Origin: Gnetum montanum | Lineage: Eukaryota; Plantae; Gnetophyta | NCBI GenBank assembly: GCA_015680685.1 | Contig: MNCI01002086.1 | Location: 314,781-378,780, forward strand | Direction of reading: 5' to 3' | Length of the DNA: 64,000 nucleotides | Shown here: one piece after another, positions 25,881-38,637 of the stretch | Layout of the letters: every line of letters starts with the position of its first letter | Position numbering within the stretch: the first letter of the stretch is position 1 | Position numbers and translations under genes: made by a program | The notes under the pieces: model-generated | Database searches by the model: none | Told to the model about the DNA's origin: nothing | Seen by the model: only the letters and a program-made list of their open reading frames with translations

Positions 25881-26037
25881 TGACGTAAACAAAAGATATG
25901 TTAACGATAAGAAAAAGGAAATTGGCATACCTAGCGTAGATGTATGTATGCAAAGAAAATAAGCAAAAAATGGACAATGGATGTTAACTGGGCAAGAAGC
26001 AATGGGGTTGCTATGCTATGCGTAACTGCTTCCTAAC

Positions 26038-29000
26038 CCATCACGAATTTGGCGAGACATAGGGCCGAGACGCTTTGCCATGGCATTCGTCTACATCATT
26101 GTCCTCCACTTGGAAGGATAATTCAGCCCATGCATTTCTATTTTCTAAGCTAGCATATTGGGCTAGCTCTTCTACTAAACAGTTAGTGTTGGTAGAGACA
26201 GGTGCCTCATTCTCAGAGGTTACAACCTTTGAACCCTGCTTCATGTCTACATTGTTGATCACTTGCATTGCTACCTCGTCACTATGGATTATTACCTCCT
26301 TGCCTACATAGGGTAGATGGATCTCCTGATGTATGGATGAAGAGACGACCCTTAGTTGTGCTAACCATGACCTTCCCAAGATCAAGTTAAACCCGAGCAT
26401 CTCTTCGACCATGATGAACGTTGCATTTATGGGAAACTGGTCCCCTTCCACAAAGTCAATGTGGACCATGCCTCTCACTATGACCCGTGCCCCATTGAAC
26501 GACTTCAAGCATGATGTTGTCATGGGTTTGATTTGGTCTACCAAACCCAGCTTATTCACTATAGGGAATGGGATGACGTTTGTAGCAGCCCCATCATCAA
26601 CGTGTACCCTTCGGATCTTATGTTGACTAACCCAAATTATGATGGAGTGGTGTTGTAGTAACCTGACCCTTTTCAAGGTCTTCCCTAATGAAATCATCAT
26701 AAAAATTCAATTGGGATGGCTGTGGTTCTACAAGTGCAAGAGGAAGCATAACTAAGTGGATTTCCTTCTCTTCCTCTAGCATGTTCTCGTCAACTGGTAT
26801 TGCCATTAACATGCGAACCAGAGCCTCACGGGGTGTAGTAGAAGTCATGATTAGGTCGTATAGGCTCAACGTTGTATTTTTTTGTTTTAGAGCCTACTTG
26901 ACCTGAGTGAGAGCACTTAAGAGGTTTGGGCCACCTTCCTGTTTACTACTTTTCTCCTCTTCCATTTTTCCAAGGAGACTAATTTCCTAAGGAGGGACAG
27001 TTTTGGGTCTGGGTTTAGACACTTTCGGGTGAGGTGGTGAAGACCATGCACATGTAGCAATGTCATCCTTTGGCAATGAGGATGTAGATGCAGAGGGAGA
27101 GGGCATAGGCTTGGAAGTACCTGGGGCAACACATTCTATAAACGCCTCACCTATCAAATGCCCTTCTCATTTCTTTGGACAAGAAGGCTAAGGTGCTATC
27201 TTATGCAAGGCAGGGGCAGTTGAATGGCTTGGCCCCCTGATGACAAATGGTGCTAATGGTCGTAATGCGCATGGCGGTGGTGTGGTTTTGCAAACAGGTG
27301 GTGTAGGGGTGGATGTCTGGGAAGGGACTCTCAGGACAAATGGTTGCTACATAGTTTATCTAGCCATTGGTGGTGTTGGTATGCTACGCTGAGGCACACG
27401 AACCACAAACAGCTACTGGGGCGGTTTAGGGTTACTGTCAACACTAATGGTGTTAATAATGTATCCGGCATTGTTGGCGTTAAGAGGATCTATATAGACA
27501 TGTAAATATTGATTTTTGGGATTCACTAGGTTGCTTTAGTCTAAAACCAGTTTTCCTTGATCAATCATTCTTTGGATGTCATCTTTTAACGCCATGCAGT
27601 AATTCATGCCATGACCACACTATTCATGGTAGTCACAAAACCGCTCCAATCTAAAATTCTTAGGAACTGGTGGCTCATTGGGCAAGGACAAGGAGGGGTT
27701 CCTATGAAGTTCACAATACCATTGATGTTTTCTAATTCCCTCCTCTGACATCTGCTTGTGTTGGATATACCCTACTGCCAGTAATTTCTTCAGAAGTTCT
27801 AAAGGTTTGACATGCAGCAGGGTATATCTAGAGTGATCTTTATGCTCAAAGTTTGGCTTAGGTGGTGCGGATTCTTTGGATGCAAATGTGGAGGGTTGAG
27901 CTATGTTTCCTTGGTCAGGTGTGGGGTTAGGTGCTACTGCGGTTGCTTTCTTATTGTTTTTATTGTTGTTTGGTCTGTCTTTGTTTTCCATAGCGGCCAC
28001 TGTGGCTGTTGCAACCTTGCCCTTATCCTTCTTTGCGAACATGTTCTTGTATGCAACATAAGCTAGGTCTTTGCTTACCTCGACCACGTCCTATATGCTC
28101 CTTTTCTAGGCAAAAGCCTAGCTAAGAGTCTAAGGAGTGAGATAGTATAGTTTGGACTTGATGAAGTCGTTCACTGCACCCTTAAAGATGACCAACAAAT
28201 GGGCCTTTGCGATGGGCTTGCAGATCTTGTTAAGGGTAGCACTCCACCGTTGTATGAATTTCTAGACTGGTTCCAGTGGATCTTGCTTCACACTTATTAG
28301 CTGATCCAGCATAACTTCTAGTCTCAAGTTGTACTTGAAACACATTACAAACTAGGTCAGGAGCTCCTCTAGAGTTGAGATGGAGGAGCATGAAAGCGTG
28401 TAGTACCAATCCAGGGCTTTCTCTGTCAGAGACACAGCAAAGACACAGATGATTATGTGAGTCCATTATTACAGAAGAAGGGACTCAAATCTAAACATAA
28501 CAAGATGTGCATTGGGATCACCCTCCCCGTTATATTTTGTAAAATGAGGAAGTGGCATCCTAGGGGGTAAAGTTAGCATGGGGACTTCTGGGCTAATGGG
28601 ATCATCATGGTAGAAATCCATGATCTATACCATGTCAGAGCTAGCATTCTTGAGGCATTTGATTTCCTCAGTGAAGGTCTGGATAAGCTGGAATGCTTGA
28701 TCTAGACCCAGGGACAATGCGGATGGTTGGGGAGCTGCCGAGGAAGCTCCCATCTGTACCATGGCAAGGGCAGCAACATGGTCCATAGGCAATGCTGTTG
28801 GGGCAGCCCCTATGAAAGGTGCTTCTTGTACTACCCACCACCTAGTAGGTGGTGCTATTGGAGTAGAAGCCGCTGGTTGCACCACAAGATAGGCTGCTTG
28901 TGTGGTCGGTGGGACAGACCATGGTCCCGCGTTCGGTTGTACCGTTTGTGGGACCTATTATGTTTGGTGGCGAGTGTAGGGGACATTTGCAACATTTGTG

Positions 29001-29821
29001 AAATAAAAGGAGAAGTGAACGGGGTCCACCATGTGGATGGGCCTAGGCCCATCGCTGAAGATGGGATAGGTGTAGACACTGGAATGGATGCAGAAACTAC
29101 ATGCAACTGTGATGTATGTATGGTATGAACGTAGGGCAGGGTAGCTGTGATCGGTGCGTGATACACTAATGGAATGGATTGAAGAACAGTTTGCAGAGGG
29201 ATAGTGATTGAGAATGAGACATGAGAGTAGGTGTGTTGATACATCGAGGGAATAGCATGGCTACCTATTTTCGATGAAACCGTGGCTTGCGACGATGTGG
29301 ATGTGATCATAAAGGGAGTGGCTGTAGAGAGCGGGCTTGTCCAAAGAGACGGGGTGGGAGAGATGGTGGCAGGGTTGGTTTGACCCCCACCTTCAGACTG
29401 GGAATCCAATTCCTCTTGCTTGTCTTGGAACACCTTATCTTGGTGAGATGCTATATCTCATGGCTCCCTAGGCCTAATGACCGCTATCAGTTGATCTATG
29501 AGCCACTAATGCGTCTATGTCAATGGAATAGAAACATCGAGGGTGGGAATAAAATTCCTTCCCATTATAGTAAGTGAGCTCAAAGCTACATTTTTCTTCG
29601 AGTTCTTGTGCATCTAAGGGCAAATTATCCTAAACCTTAGCACAAAGGAAGTTATACTACTCGTATTATTGAGCCAAGCCCTTAGGTCCTCAATTTTGAA
29701 TCCTAAGAGATTAGCGTCATCCCAACATTGGGCTAGGTGGTTGCTCAGCACCTATGATGCCTTGAACCGAAAGGGGAACCTCAATGTTAGCAGTAGTAAA
29801 TATGGTGCTTGAGGAAATCAT
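26038..29821 (-). pseudogene. gag-pro: Element B gag and aspartic protease
   Basis: Protease IRRVHVDDGAATNVIP…FNLILGRSWLAQLRVVSSSIHQ (26041-26700). Gag PHFTKYNGEGDPNAHL, KALDW and a C-x2-H…GH…C knuckle (FCDYHE…GHGMNYC). Pro/Ser/Thr-rich N-terminal region. Confidence 0.88.
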
Positions 29822-30040
29822 TTTCGTAAGGCTAAAAGGGTTTGCAAATGAGAAAAACAAGGAAATCAAGTGGCTATCAGAGGCTTCCTATCTTGCAGGA
29901 TTTCAAAGAAACCATCGGTGCAACTGATTTGCACCACACGATGCGTAAACAACCACAAAAGGGTGTCACATTTACGCTAATGAGTGAAAGGGTATAGAAC
30001 GAATGCAAGACTACCATGAAACATGGAAAAGGCACCAAAG

Positions 30041-30058
30041 GCCCTCCTTCTAGCGCCA
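30041..30058 (-). promoter_or_regulatory. Primer-binding site of B, complementary to the tRNA-Asn(GUU) 3' end
   Basis: The plus strand reads GCCCTCCTTCTAGCGCCA, matching the plant cytosolic tRNA-Asn 3' end as I recall it. It lies 6 nt from the LTR end. Confidence 0.8.
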
Positions 30059-30064
30059 AAAAAT

Positions 30065-31808
30065 TGGAGCAACCGAAAACATCGGTGGCTAGAAACACTG
30101 AGAGGTTGTCGGGCGAACAGTTTTAACAGAAACGGGGTTCCCTGAATGGTCTGGTCAATCAAATAAGAACTTAGTCAGTGTAACTTAACCTTATGTAAAC
30201 ATTATTTTAAGCGTGAAATACATGAAATCTAACTGATGATTAATAGATGTGATAATAAATAAAATGATGCTAAATAATGATAATAATGTAGAAACTATAG
30301 AGCAACTGGGATGAGAAAATGCACAACCGCAAAGTTGCAGGTTCGATTCTCTTCTCTACTTGAAAATGTATGACAAGTGGTACAGTGCTGGAGGGGCACA
30401 GGGAGTCCAGGAATGGCCGAAACACTCAAGATGCCTCCACTATGTTTTTAGGTACAAGCTTAAGAGCCAACAGTACAAAGCACCAACAAGAAAAGAGCTA
30501 ATGCCAAGTGCCAATGCTAAAGGTGTCAACTTGCTTTGAATTGCTAAAATGCCAATCAATGTCAACAATGCTCAAAATTGATCAAAATTGCAAATTGCAA
30601 ACCTAATTTTGCCAATCGCTAAAATTTTTCAACCCTTTGAGCATTGCTCGTCAGGGTATTTATAGGGCTAGGAGCACGCGAGAGATGCGATTTAGATGTC
30701 ATGTGTCCTGGATCCACAAGATGCTGATGTCCCCATATTGCATGGACATGTAGAGCTAATTGTGATCCTACCACGCTGCAATAACGCTGTCGAAACTAGG
30801 AGTGCTGGCGTCAGGTATGCAAAAAATGCAAGCAAGAGATGAAGCATACTAGCGTAGCGTAGTTGTTTGCTAGACTATGCTATGCTATGTAGCGCAACAC
30901 GTTGGTGTAGCGTAGCCACCAGTTTGAAAAGGAAATTTTCTTTGAAGTCAATTGCATCTGTTATCAGGTTAACTTTTGAAGTACTTTGTTGAATTTTCAT
31001 CTCTGCTACGCTATGCTACACTACATAGCATAGCAGCCAGCTTTATCTACAACTCGTGCTAAAGTTGAAAACATTTTTTTGAAGCTTTGATCATGCTAAC
31101 AGCTGCAAATTTTTCCTTTTGCGAAGGAGAACCTTTGAACTTGTTGAACTTGCATTTGAAACATTTCTTGCTGCTCTTGTATTGTTGCTACACTATGCTA
31201 CGCTAGGTAGCGTAGCATAGCGTAGCAGCCGTGATGTCCTACTTTTTTGCTCAATCTGCCACTTTCTAGTAAGAGACCTTGCTAAAGGACTTGAAGTCAA
31301 ACAAGGCAACAGGTTTCAGAGGCTGGACTACTTGTCGAGGGAAATTTCTTCATTGGAATCACTTGGTAAGCTGGGCCTTTCTGATTTGACGCTGTGCTAC
31401 GCTGCGCACAACGTAGCATAGCGTGGAACTTTGTTCTACAACGATTTGCACTTGATTGCCTAAGCAATTATCTTCCGAGATCTACTATGCTACATAGCAT
31501 AGCATAGCGTAACAAACTTCTTCACTAGAAAACTTGCCGAACTATTTTGTGCATCCTGAGCACCGTCAACAACTCCAAGCATGGTTTCTGAACATACTAT
31601 CAGCCGAGTAAAACACCTAGGTGGGTAGGCCAGAGAGTCCATCGGGCCTGTCAGCTCTGGAGGTAGAAAACTTGCCAAACTAAACAGTCTAAACTCAGTG
31701 GATTCATTTCCTGCCAAACTTCCATGATGCTGCACTTATGGAAATCCCTTGCCTGAACTCCAAGATCTTGGGGAAGCAAGAGGGTCTTGAAATTTTTGGG
31801 GTGTTTCA
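30065..31808 (-). repeat. Element B 5' LTR (1744 bp)
   Basis: Termini TGAAACACC…GCTCCA on the minus strand, TATA near 30660, adjacent PBS. Confidence 0.88.
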
Positions 31809-32880
31809 AATATAGGACTGATGGAGTCATCTTGATAGGAATCCATCACATGGACCATTTCTGAGTTTGCCACTTTAATCCACCTAACCTCCTCCATGAG
31901 AGTTTGAATAAGTTGGAACACTTGGTTCAAACACAAGGATGTTGTAGCGGGTTGCACTAGCTATGTTACTTATGGTGCCATCAGAGTAGCCCACAGCCCT
32001 AATGTGGGTTGTACTACCACATGGGATGCTTGTTAAGTCAATTGTTGTGTATATTCTAGAATGTGCAATAGTTGTGCCATAGGCACAAAGGTAGTGGCCC
32101 ACCACGTAGTTGTGGATTGAGCTGTTGTTGGTGGTGCTACTAAGATGGCTAGGATGAAGGACACTTGAATCATTTGTGATTGAGATATGGGCACCATGTG
32201 CACATACAATAGTGTCAATGTACAAATGCTGGCAGGGAAGGCTGCACAGACTAGGAAGAGATGACAAAGGGGAAAGTGGTAGAAGGTCTTGCACTTTTTT
32301 GTGCATGCAGTACTTGGTGGCTATCTATCACAAGCATGGACTTGGGTGGGGAAAGTGATGCTTCTACCTCAAAGAAGGTAAATGACTGTGATAGGTGTGG
32401 AATAAAAGTGGAGGTGGTCTATTGGACAGAGGTGTAGAATGAGACACCATTTTCTGAATGGGACTCGAACTCCTCCTATCCATCCTACAGGGGCTCATCA
32501 TAGTTTGATGCGACATCTTGCTCTTTTAGCCCACTTACCCTAATGAGTTGGTCTAGTAGCCACCTAAAGGTGTTGGTAAGTGGGATGAATGCATCTGGGG
32601 TAGGAAGAAACTCCTTCCCATTTTGGTAAATGATTTCAAAATTGCACTTTGCTTTGAATTCTTAGTGATCTAGGGACAAGCCCACCTAAAGCTTTTCATA
32701 AATAAAGTTGTATCTTTTGTCATCCAATGCTCTATATTCAAGTGATTGGTTATCTAGTTTGAGTGACTACCATTATGGTCATATAGGACTAAGCGGTTGC
32801 TCGATGTCTACCACCTGTTGAATGGGACGAGCCACCTCCATGCTTAGGGTAGAGGTTGAAGTGTTCATGGGATTCATGTT
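31809..32880 (-). pseudogene. gag: Element A gag N-terminal part
   Basis: LCLNQVFQLIQTLMEEVRWIK…DDSISP is homologous to B (LGLDQAFQLIQTFTEEIKCLK…DDPISP). N-terminal NGKEF motif. Confidence 0.75.
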
Positions 32881-33309
32881 GCTATTTAGAAAAATGTAAG
32901 AAAAGAAAGTGTTGATAGAAAATGTTCAAGTGCAAAAAATGTTGAAGAAAAAAGGCTAAGTATGCAAACTATGAAAATAGTCCAAAAATGACCAACTCTA
33001 GAATTGCTATGAAAAAGTGACTAACTCTAGTGTTACGCTCATTACGCTCTAAGGTTTTGTTATTCTCTAAAGGGTTATGCTCTCTAGAGCACTCAGAGCT
33101 TAACACAACAAATACAATTGGGCTTTTCATCCTATGAGGTTCCAAGGAAACCAACTACTAGGACCAGTCTACACCAACCAAAATGTAGACAACTCCTCTA
33201 CTACCACCATGGTAGGTTCATAGGGGTGTTATATCTACACTATCTTGTAACTAGTAACAGAGGTATAGAAATCACGTGGGACTACCCTTGAACATAGAAG
33301 GAATGGGAG

Positions 33310-33327
33310 GCCCTCCTTCTAGTGCCA
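33310..33327 (-). promoter_or_regulatory. PBS of element A (tRNA-Asn type, one CpG-decay mismatch)
   Basis: GCCCTCCTTCTAGTGCCA adjacent to the LTR end. Confidence 0.75.
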
Positions 33328-33332
33328 AAAAC

Positions 33333-35237
33333 TATGACATCTAAAAACGTCGATGGCTAGAACATTGAGAGGTTAGCGAGTGTACAACCTAACCCCAAAT
33401 CCATGTGAGGGCTATGCTAGGAAATGGACATAAGGTCCCTAAATGGTTTGGTTAATTAGATAGGGACTTACATGGTGTTAGAACAACTGTGTGTAAGAGG
33501 GGTTTATAGTGCATTACGCACGAACACAGAGACTGGCTATTCCAAAGCATAGTAGAGAGTCCTGGCCTGAAAACAGTGACATGAATGTGCAAATATGTAT
33601 CAAACAGCAGAAAAAGTGCACCAGTTATGCTTAATATCAAATAAAAATGCTTAAAAGAGAACTGGAACAAAGCTTAAGAACAGAAAAATGCACTGCCCCA
33701 AAAATGGAAAGTGTAACTTTTACTAGACAAGAGGTAAGAATGGTACACAACATCAGGCAAGCATAGTGTCAGTGTAGTAGTGCAGTCACAGTCTCTGGGA
33801 TGCCCAAGATGCCGAGCTAGTGCCTACAATGGAAATTGAACTTACTAGGTTGGCTATTACCATGTTTCTACAGGTGCAATGCAATGGTGGACTATGTTCT
33901 GGGAGGTGCCAAGGTGTGAAGCTTAGATGCTCAAATGCAAGGATGCCAAGGATGCTTAGATAGCTAAAATGCTTGATGCTCTTTTAATTTTTCAACCCCT
34001 AGAGTGCTGAATGTCAGGGTATTTATAGGGCTAGGTTTAACGTGAAACGTGGATTGGGTGCCATGTGGCATGAGCGTAGACAAGGTTACATTGACATGTT
34101 ATACTCTCATGAGAGTAGCAAAAGTGTTATACTCTAAAGGACAACAACAAGTTACCAGAGATTGCTAAATTGTGATCACACTATCTAGACTACATGTGCC
34201 AAAATTTGAGAGATTGCAATGTACCTAAAAATATTGCAAAGATAATGCAACTTGGAGGCTATACTCTAGGACTATGTCTTCCCCTCTTTCGAGTAGGGTC
34301 AAGCGTAGGGACAATTTTGGGGATCAATGGCAGGTGCAAAAGAAATGTAAACTATTGATCTTGATTTCTGGAAGGATGTCGGAGTTGAGACAAAGGTCGA
34401 TGCTAAGTTCTGATGGCTTTTAGAGGCTATCAAAGGATTTTCTCTAGTGTCAAGCTAGCTATGCTCTAGATCATAATACAACACACAGTGAAAATTTACA
34501 AAATTTTGATGTTTCACACTGGTCACATTAGCTACACTAGGGAGCATAGTAGGGACACTTAGCCAAATTTTGATGAAATTTGCAGTCTTCCATCATGGTA
34601 TGTTGGCTATGCTCTAGGGTGTATTAGGTGAGGCAGCCTTGGAAGTTAGGAAATGTGCCAAATGTGTCTTCCATGTTGAGCTAGCTTGATAGATCCTTGT
34701 CAAACACTTAGGTAAAACTTGGCACTCAAACCTGTGTCACAGTTATTATGTTGTGAAGCATAGCATAGTGTAACAGCTCGAAAGATAAAAAATTTTCCAA
34801 ACTGTTTTGTTCATCCTAAGCAATTTTAACCTCTGCATTGTACTTAGGTGAACTAGCTATTGGAACATGTGTTAAGCTGAATACACTGAGGAGTGTAGCA
34901 AGCATGACAACCCAGAAGATAGAAAATTTTCCAAACTATTTTGTCCATCCCAAGAAATCCTTGACCACTTCTGGCTTGACACTTGGGCAAACTAGCCATG
35001 GAAGTGTGTGCTACACCAGATACGTTGGGGAGCATAGGAAGACACTTAGAAAAATTTTCATGTGACTACTACTAAGACTTAGAAAAATCTTGCAAAATAG
35101 GCCTTAATGTATGCTATGTTGGCTATGCTAGAGAGCATAACACCAGACTTAGAAAATATTTTTGCCAAGTTTCCAAGTTTTGACACTTAGAAAAATTTTC
35201 CATTGAACTATCAAAGTCCAAAATTGGTGGTGTTTCA
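33333..35237 (-). repeat. Element A 5' LTR (about 1.9 kb)
   Basis: Ends GGTGTTTCA at 35237. TATA region GGGTATTTATAGGGCTAGG near 34017. U5 end resembles the B/D LTR ends. Confidence 0.75.
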
Positions 35238-36800
35238 CATAGAATCTTCTACAAGATTCTAGAAAGTTTTGGATAGGAGATTTGATATATAGATTGTTGA
35301 TGTGAGAATTGATATTTGGCGTCAAACATAGGATCGACATTGAACATCAAAATTGGAAGCCATAGATAAAGAGAATCAAAATAAGATCATTGATAATGTG
35401 AGACATCACTTTTGGCAAGTTGAAGATGAAGATTTAGAAACTATGTTGCAAATGACAAAATACATCAAATCTAAACTGCTGAAGATAGCTTTAAGCTAAA
35501 AAGCCATAGAATGTACCCAAGACATTTACTTATGTAGAAAAAAGCCATAGTGGGTAGAACACCTATAAGAATTTAATATTATAGTGATAAACAAGAAAGG
35601 AACTGAGAATGTAGTTAAAAATCATTTGTCCCAATTATGATGGAACCATTAGGTTGATGAAGTACATATCTAGATTAATTTCTAGATAAGATTATCTTTA
35701 CAAAGGTAATTATTATTTTCTTCTCAATAACCACTCTTTGGTTCACTAACTATCTAACCTATCTATTAGAGCATAAATAGCCTTTTGATACATGAAGATA
35801 GGGGGTAACCTCTATATAATTTATGAAGATAAATTGATGCATTGGTGCATGCCCAAGGAGAACCAACTATGAGTTCTTCAAGACATCTATGATGGGGTAA
35901 TGTAATAACTACTATGCAAGAAAATAAATAATCATCAAAATTCTCATGGCTAGTTATTTTTTAACAGCATTTTTCAAGGATGCATACTAGTTCCCCAAAT
36001 TTTGTGAATGATGTTAATGGGACAGTGGAATAATTACATGCTTTAAGGGACTGCAATAGTGGATCCAACCAATAAAGCCTTTTAACATTTGGAAAATTAA
36101 TTTTATGGACCTCATCTCACTAAATTCAAATAAGAAGGCTTACATAATTATTATTGTTGATTATCACATGAAATGAATAAAAGCTATTACTATGAATAAT
36201 TATGTTGTAGCTACAGCTATAAAATATTCTAAACTCTATGTTGTAAATGAGCTTGGCATATCTAAGTCTTTTATTTCAAACAATGGAACTTCCTTTATAG
36301 TAATTACCTTTAGAAAACTCATGCAACGCTTACCATTTTGCATTTAAATTTTACTATTATTTACTACTTTTCTAACATAGATGTTATATTTCCATTGCAC
36401 ATTAGATCATCAATGAAATAAGCACAACATAATCTCAAGTGTTGAATTTTCATTAACTTGGTAATCCTAGTAAATAATAACTTCATACGCATAATAGTAA
36501 AACTATTTGGTAATCCTAGCAATTAATGCATATATCTAGGAACATGATGAAAGTTTATGAAACCAATGTTTATCACCTATAGGCTAGTTTAGGATTTATT
36601 ATTTTCCTATTATTTATTAATTAGATATTTAAATCTAATTTCGTCATTTTATATAAAATTAGAATCATGCACCAAACATCATCTATCATATGCCTCATCT
36701 ATTCTTAACTACCTAATAAAACTAAAAGCTATTTCTAGTTCATCCACATTTTATGACATGGTCTACTACAATACTTGTAAATCATATAATTAGGCATTGG
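35238..36800 (+). mobile_element. Old Athila-like gypsy relic (RNase H end, integrase, LTR fragment); host of element A
   Basis: EFNIIVINKKGTENVVKNHLSQL (RH C-terminus); KPFNIWKINF…AYIIIIVDY (INT). 36430-36600 resembles the element C LTR. Confidence 0.6.
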
Positions 36801-38637
36801 ATAGACATTTTTCTCATTAACAAGTAAGACAAGTTAAAGATAAAGAACTAACAAGAATCCAGGAGATGCTTCACAATTACAATTATTATACTTCTTAGGT
36901 TGAGTATTGGATTCTTGTTTATTATGCTTTTCTTTGCTTTATTAGCATTCTATTGCATCTATGATAATCTTTATTTCTTTTGTCCTAGCTTCTAATATTT
37001 ATTTATATATCATATTTCTAAATCATTTCTTACACATTTTGTTCATTATTTTCTTACTCCAAGGAACTTTGGGTTTTCTCTATTGAAAAGATTACAACTT
37101 ATTTATTGTAGCCCTAAGAGATTTTGATGTATCTACAAAGATCACTAAAGATGTTGAGAAATGAAATGACTTATTGGCTTTACCCTAATAAGTTTCAATG
37201 TGTCTTATGAGAGCATAACCATACTTAACCTTGTAAGGTTCTTGGGAATCCTACGAAATACCAAGTTTAAAGTACTTTGTTCATCTTAGAGGGAGTGTGT
37301 AGAATATAGTGATCTACTGCCATGGTATTCTATTTTACATCATTGAGTGAGTTCTCGTTTTTACTTTCTATATTTAAAGATTAATTTCTTTATTTAAATT
37401 TAACTTTTATTATTTTATTTAAAAATCATTGAACCCCTCCCTTCTAAATTCATTAATGCATATAATATTATATATATATATATAGTCCAAAATTTTCACT
37501 TAATAAGACATCATCTCTCTTGCAAACCTCCTTGTTAAACAAAGTATGCTAAAATATCATGCATATAACTAGAAACTCAAATTTGAATTAGACCAACTTC
37601 AACAAGAAATGACTAACCTGATCAAAATGATTTTAAGAAAAAATGATTTAAGTCTCTAAGAAGATCTCTAACTAAAATAGTTTATTGGTTAAGGTTTTTT
37701 AGAACCAATGTTATATTTTATGTACCTTAGTAAGCAAATATACCTTCGTAGAAGTAAGAACACAACATCCTATCATTTAAAAATAATAAGAAGTTGCATC
37801 ATTAATTGCAATAATTTCTCATTGACTAAAATGTTTACTAATTTTTTAAATTATGAAAATAGCTTTTTAAAATGTAGAATTAATAATTTCATGAGCTCTT
37901 AATACAAATATTCCTAACCATTTAGTTAGAAAAGAGCACAAATAAAATCTCATTAATGGAAAGTTAGTCTAGTGGTAAGACTATACATCATTAAACTTAG
38001 AAGAAGGGGATGAATGAGTTCAAAAATAAATTATGAAAGTGAAACTTAAAAGTAAAAATAATTAAATTAAATGCACAAAAAAAACACACTCACCAAGATG
38101 TGTATTAGAACTTACCACTTGCAAATACTTGACATTAAATAGTGGTTTAGGATACCATGGTGGTTAATTCTTAAATGCTACACACTTCTCATGGACAATT
38201 AAAACTCTAAGCTTAGTATCTTGTAGGACTTTCAAGAACCTTGCAAGGTTGAGTATACAATTTGTTTCTCTCTTACAACACACTCAATATTTTAGGGAAA
38301 AAGTAGTACAAATCAAAAAAATACTTAGCCATCCAAATGAAAACCCCTCAAGGCTAAAATGTTGATCTCTCCTTAGAGAGAATCTAGGCTCCATGGTACA
38401 TCAAAATGAATATAATAGAAATAAAGTATTGAATCTAATCTCAAATTTGATGTACACAATAAGTACAAGAACTAGGGCATAATCAATACAAATCAAAAAA
38501 CCCTAGATAGAAGACATGAAAATAATAGAAATGAAAAATTAGAGATGACAAAGCATTCTAAACTCTAGAAGTGAGATGTAACTTTGGTGGTGTAGCTTCC
38601 CAATCCAAACCTAAACCACAAAAATAAAATTCCCAAG

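Larger units (their letters stand above)
13666..31808 (-). mobile_element. Near-complete Tat-type Ty3/gypsy element B (about 18.1 kb): 5'LTR-PBS-gag-PROT-[antisense gene]-RT-RH-aRH-INT-3'UTR-3'LTR
   Basis: Paired LTRs (13666-~15260 and 30065-31808), tRNA-Asn PBS and all pol domains recognisable. Inserted in gag of A with a degenerate 5-bp TSD (ACCAT / AATAT) occupying the same gag codon positions. Confidence 0.9.
4407..35237 (-). mobile_element. Tat-type Ty3/gypsy element A (5' LTR 33333-35237, PBS, gag-PROT, antisense gene, start of RT); interrupted by B at 13666-31808 and cut by Y at 4406
   Basis: LTR start TGAAACACC at 35237(-) and PBS at 33310-33327. Gag reads continuously across the B insertion (…DSYQDDSISP | MVLLLTLPHGVQIPQFTKYNGEGD). 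Protease at 11401-11748, RT at 4430-4714. Confidence 0.85.
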
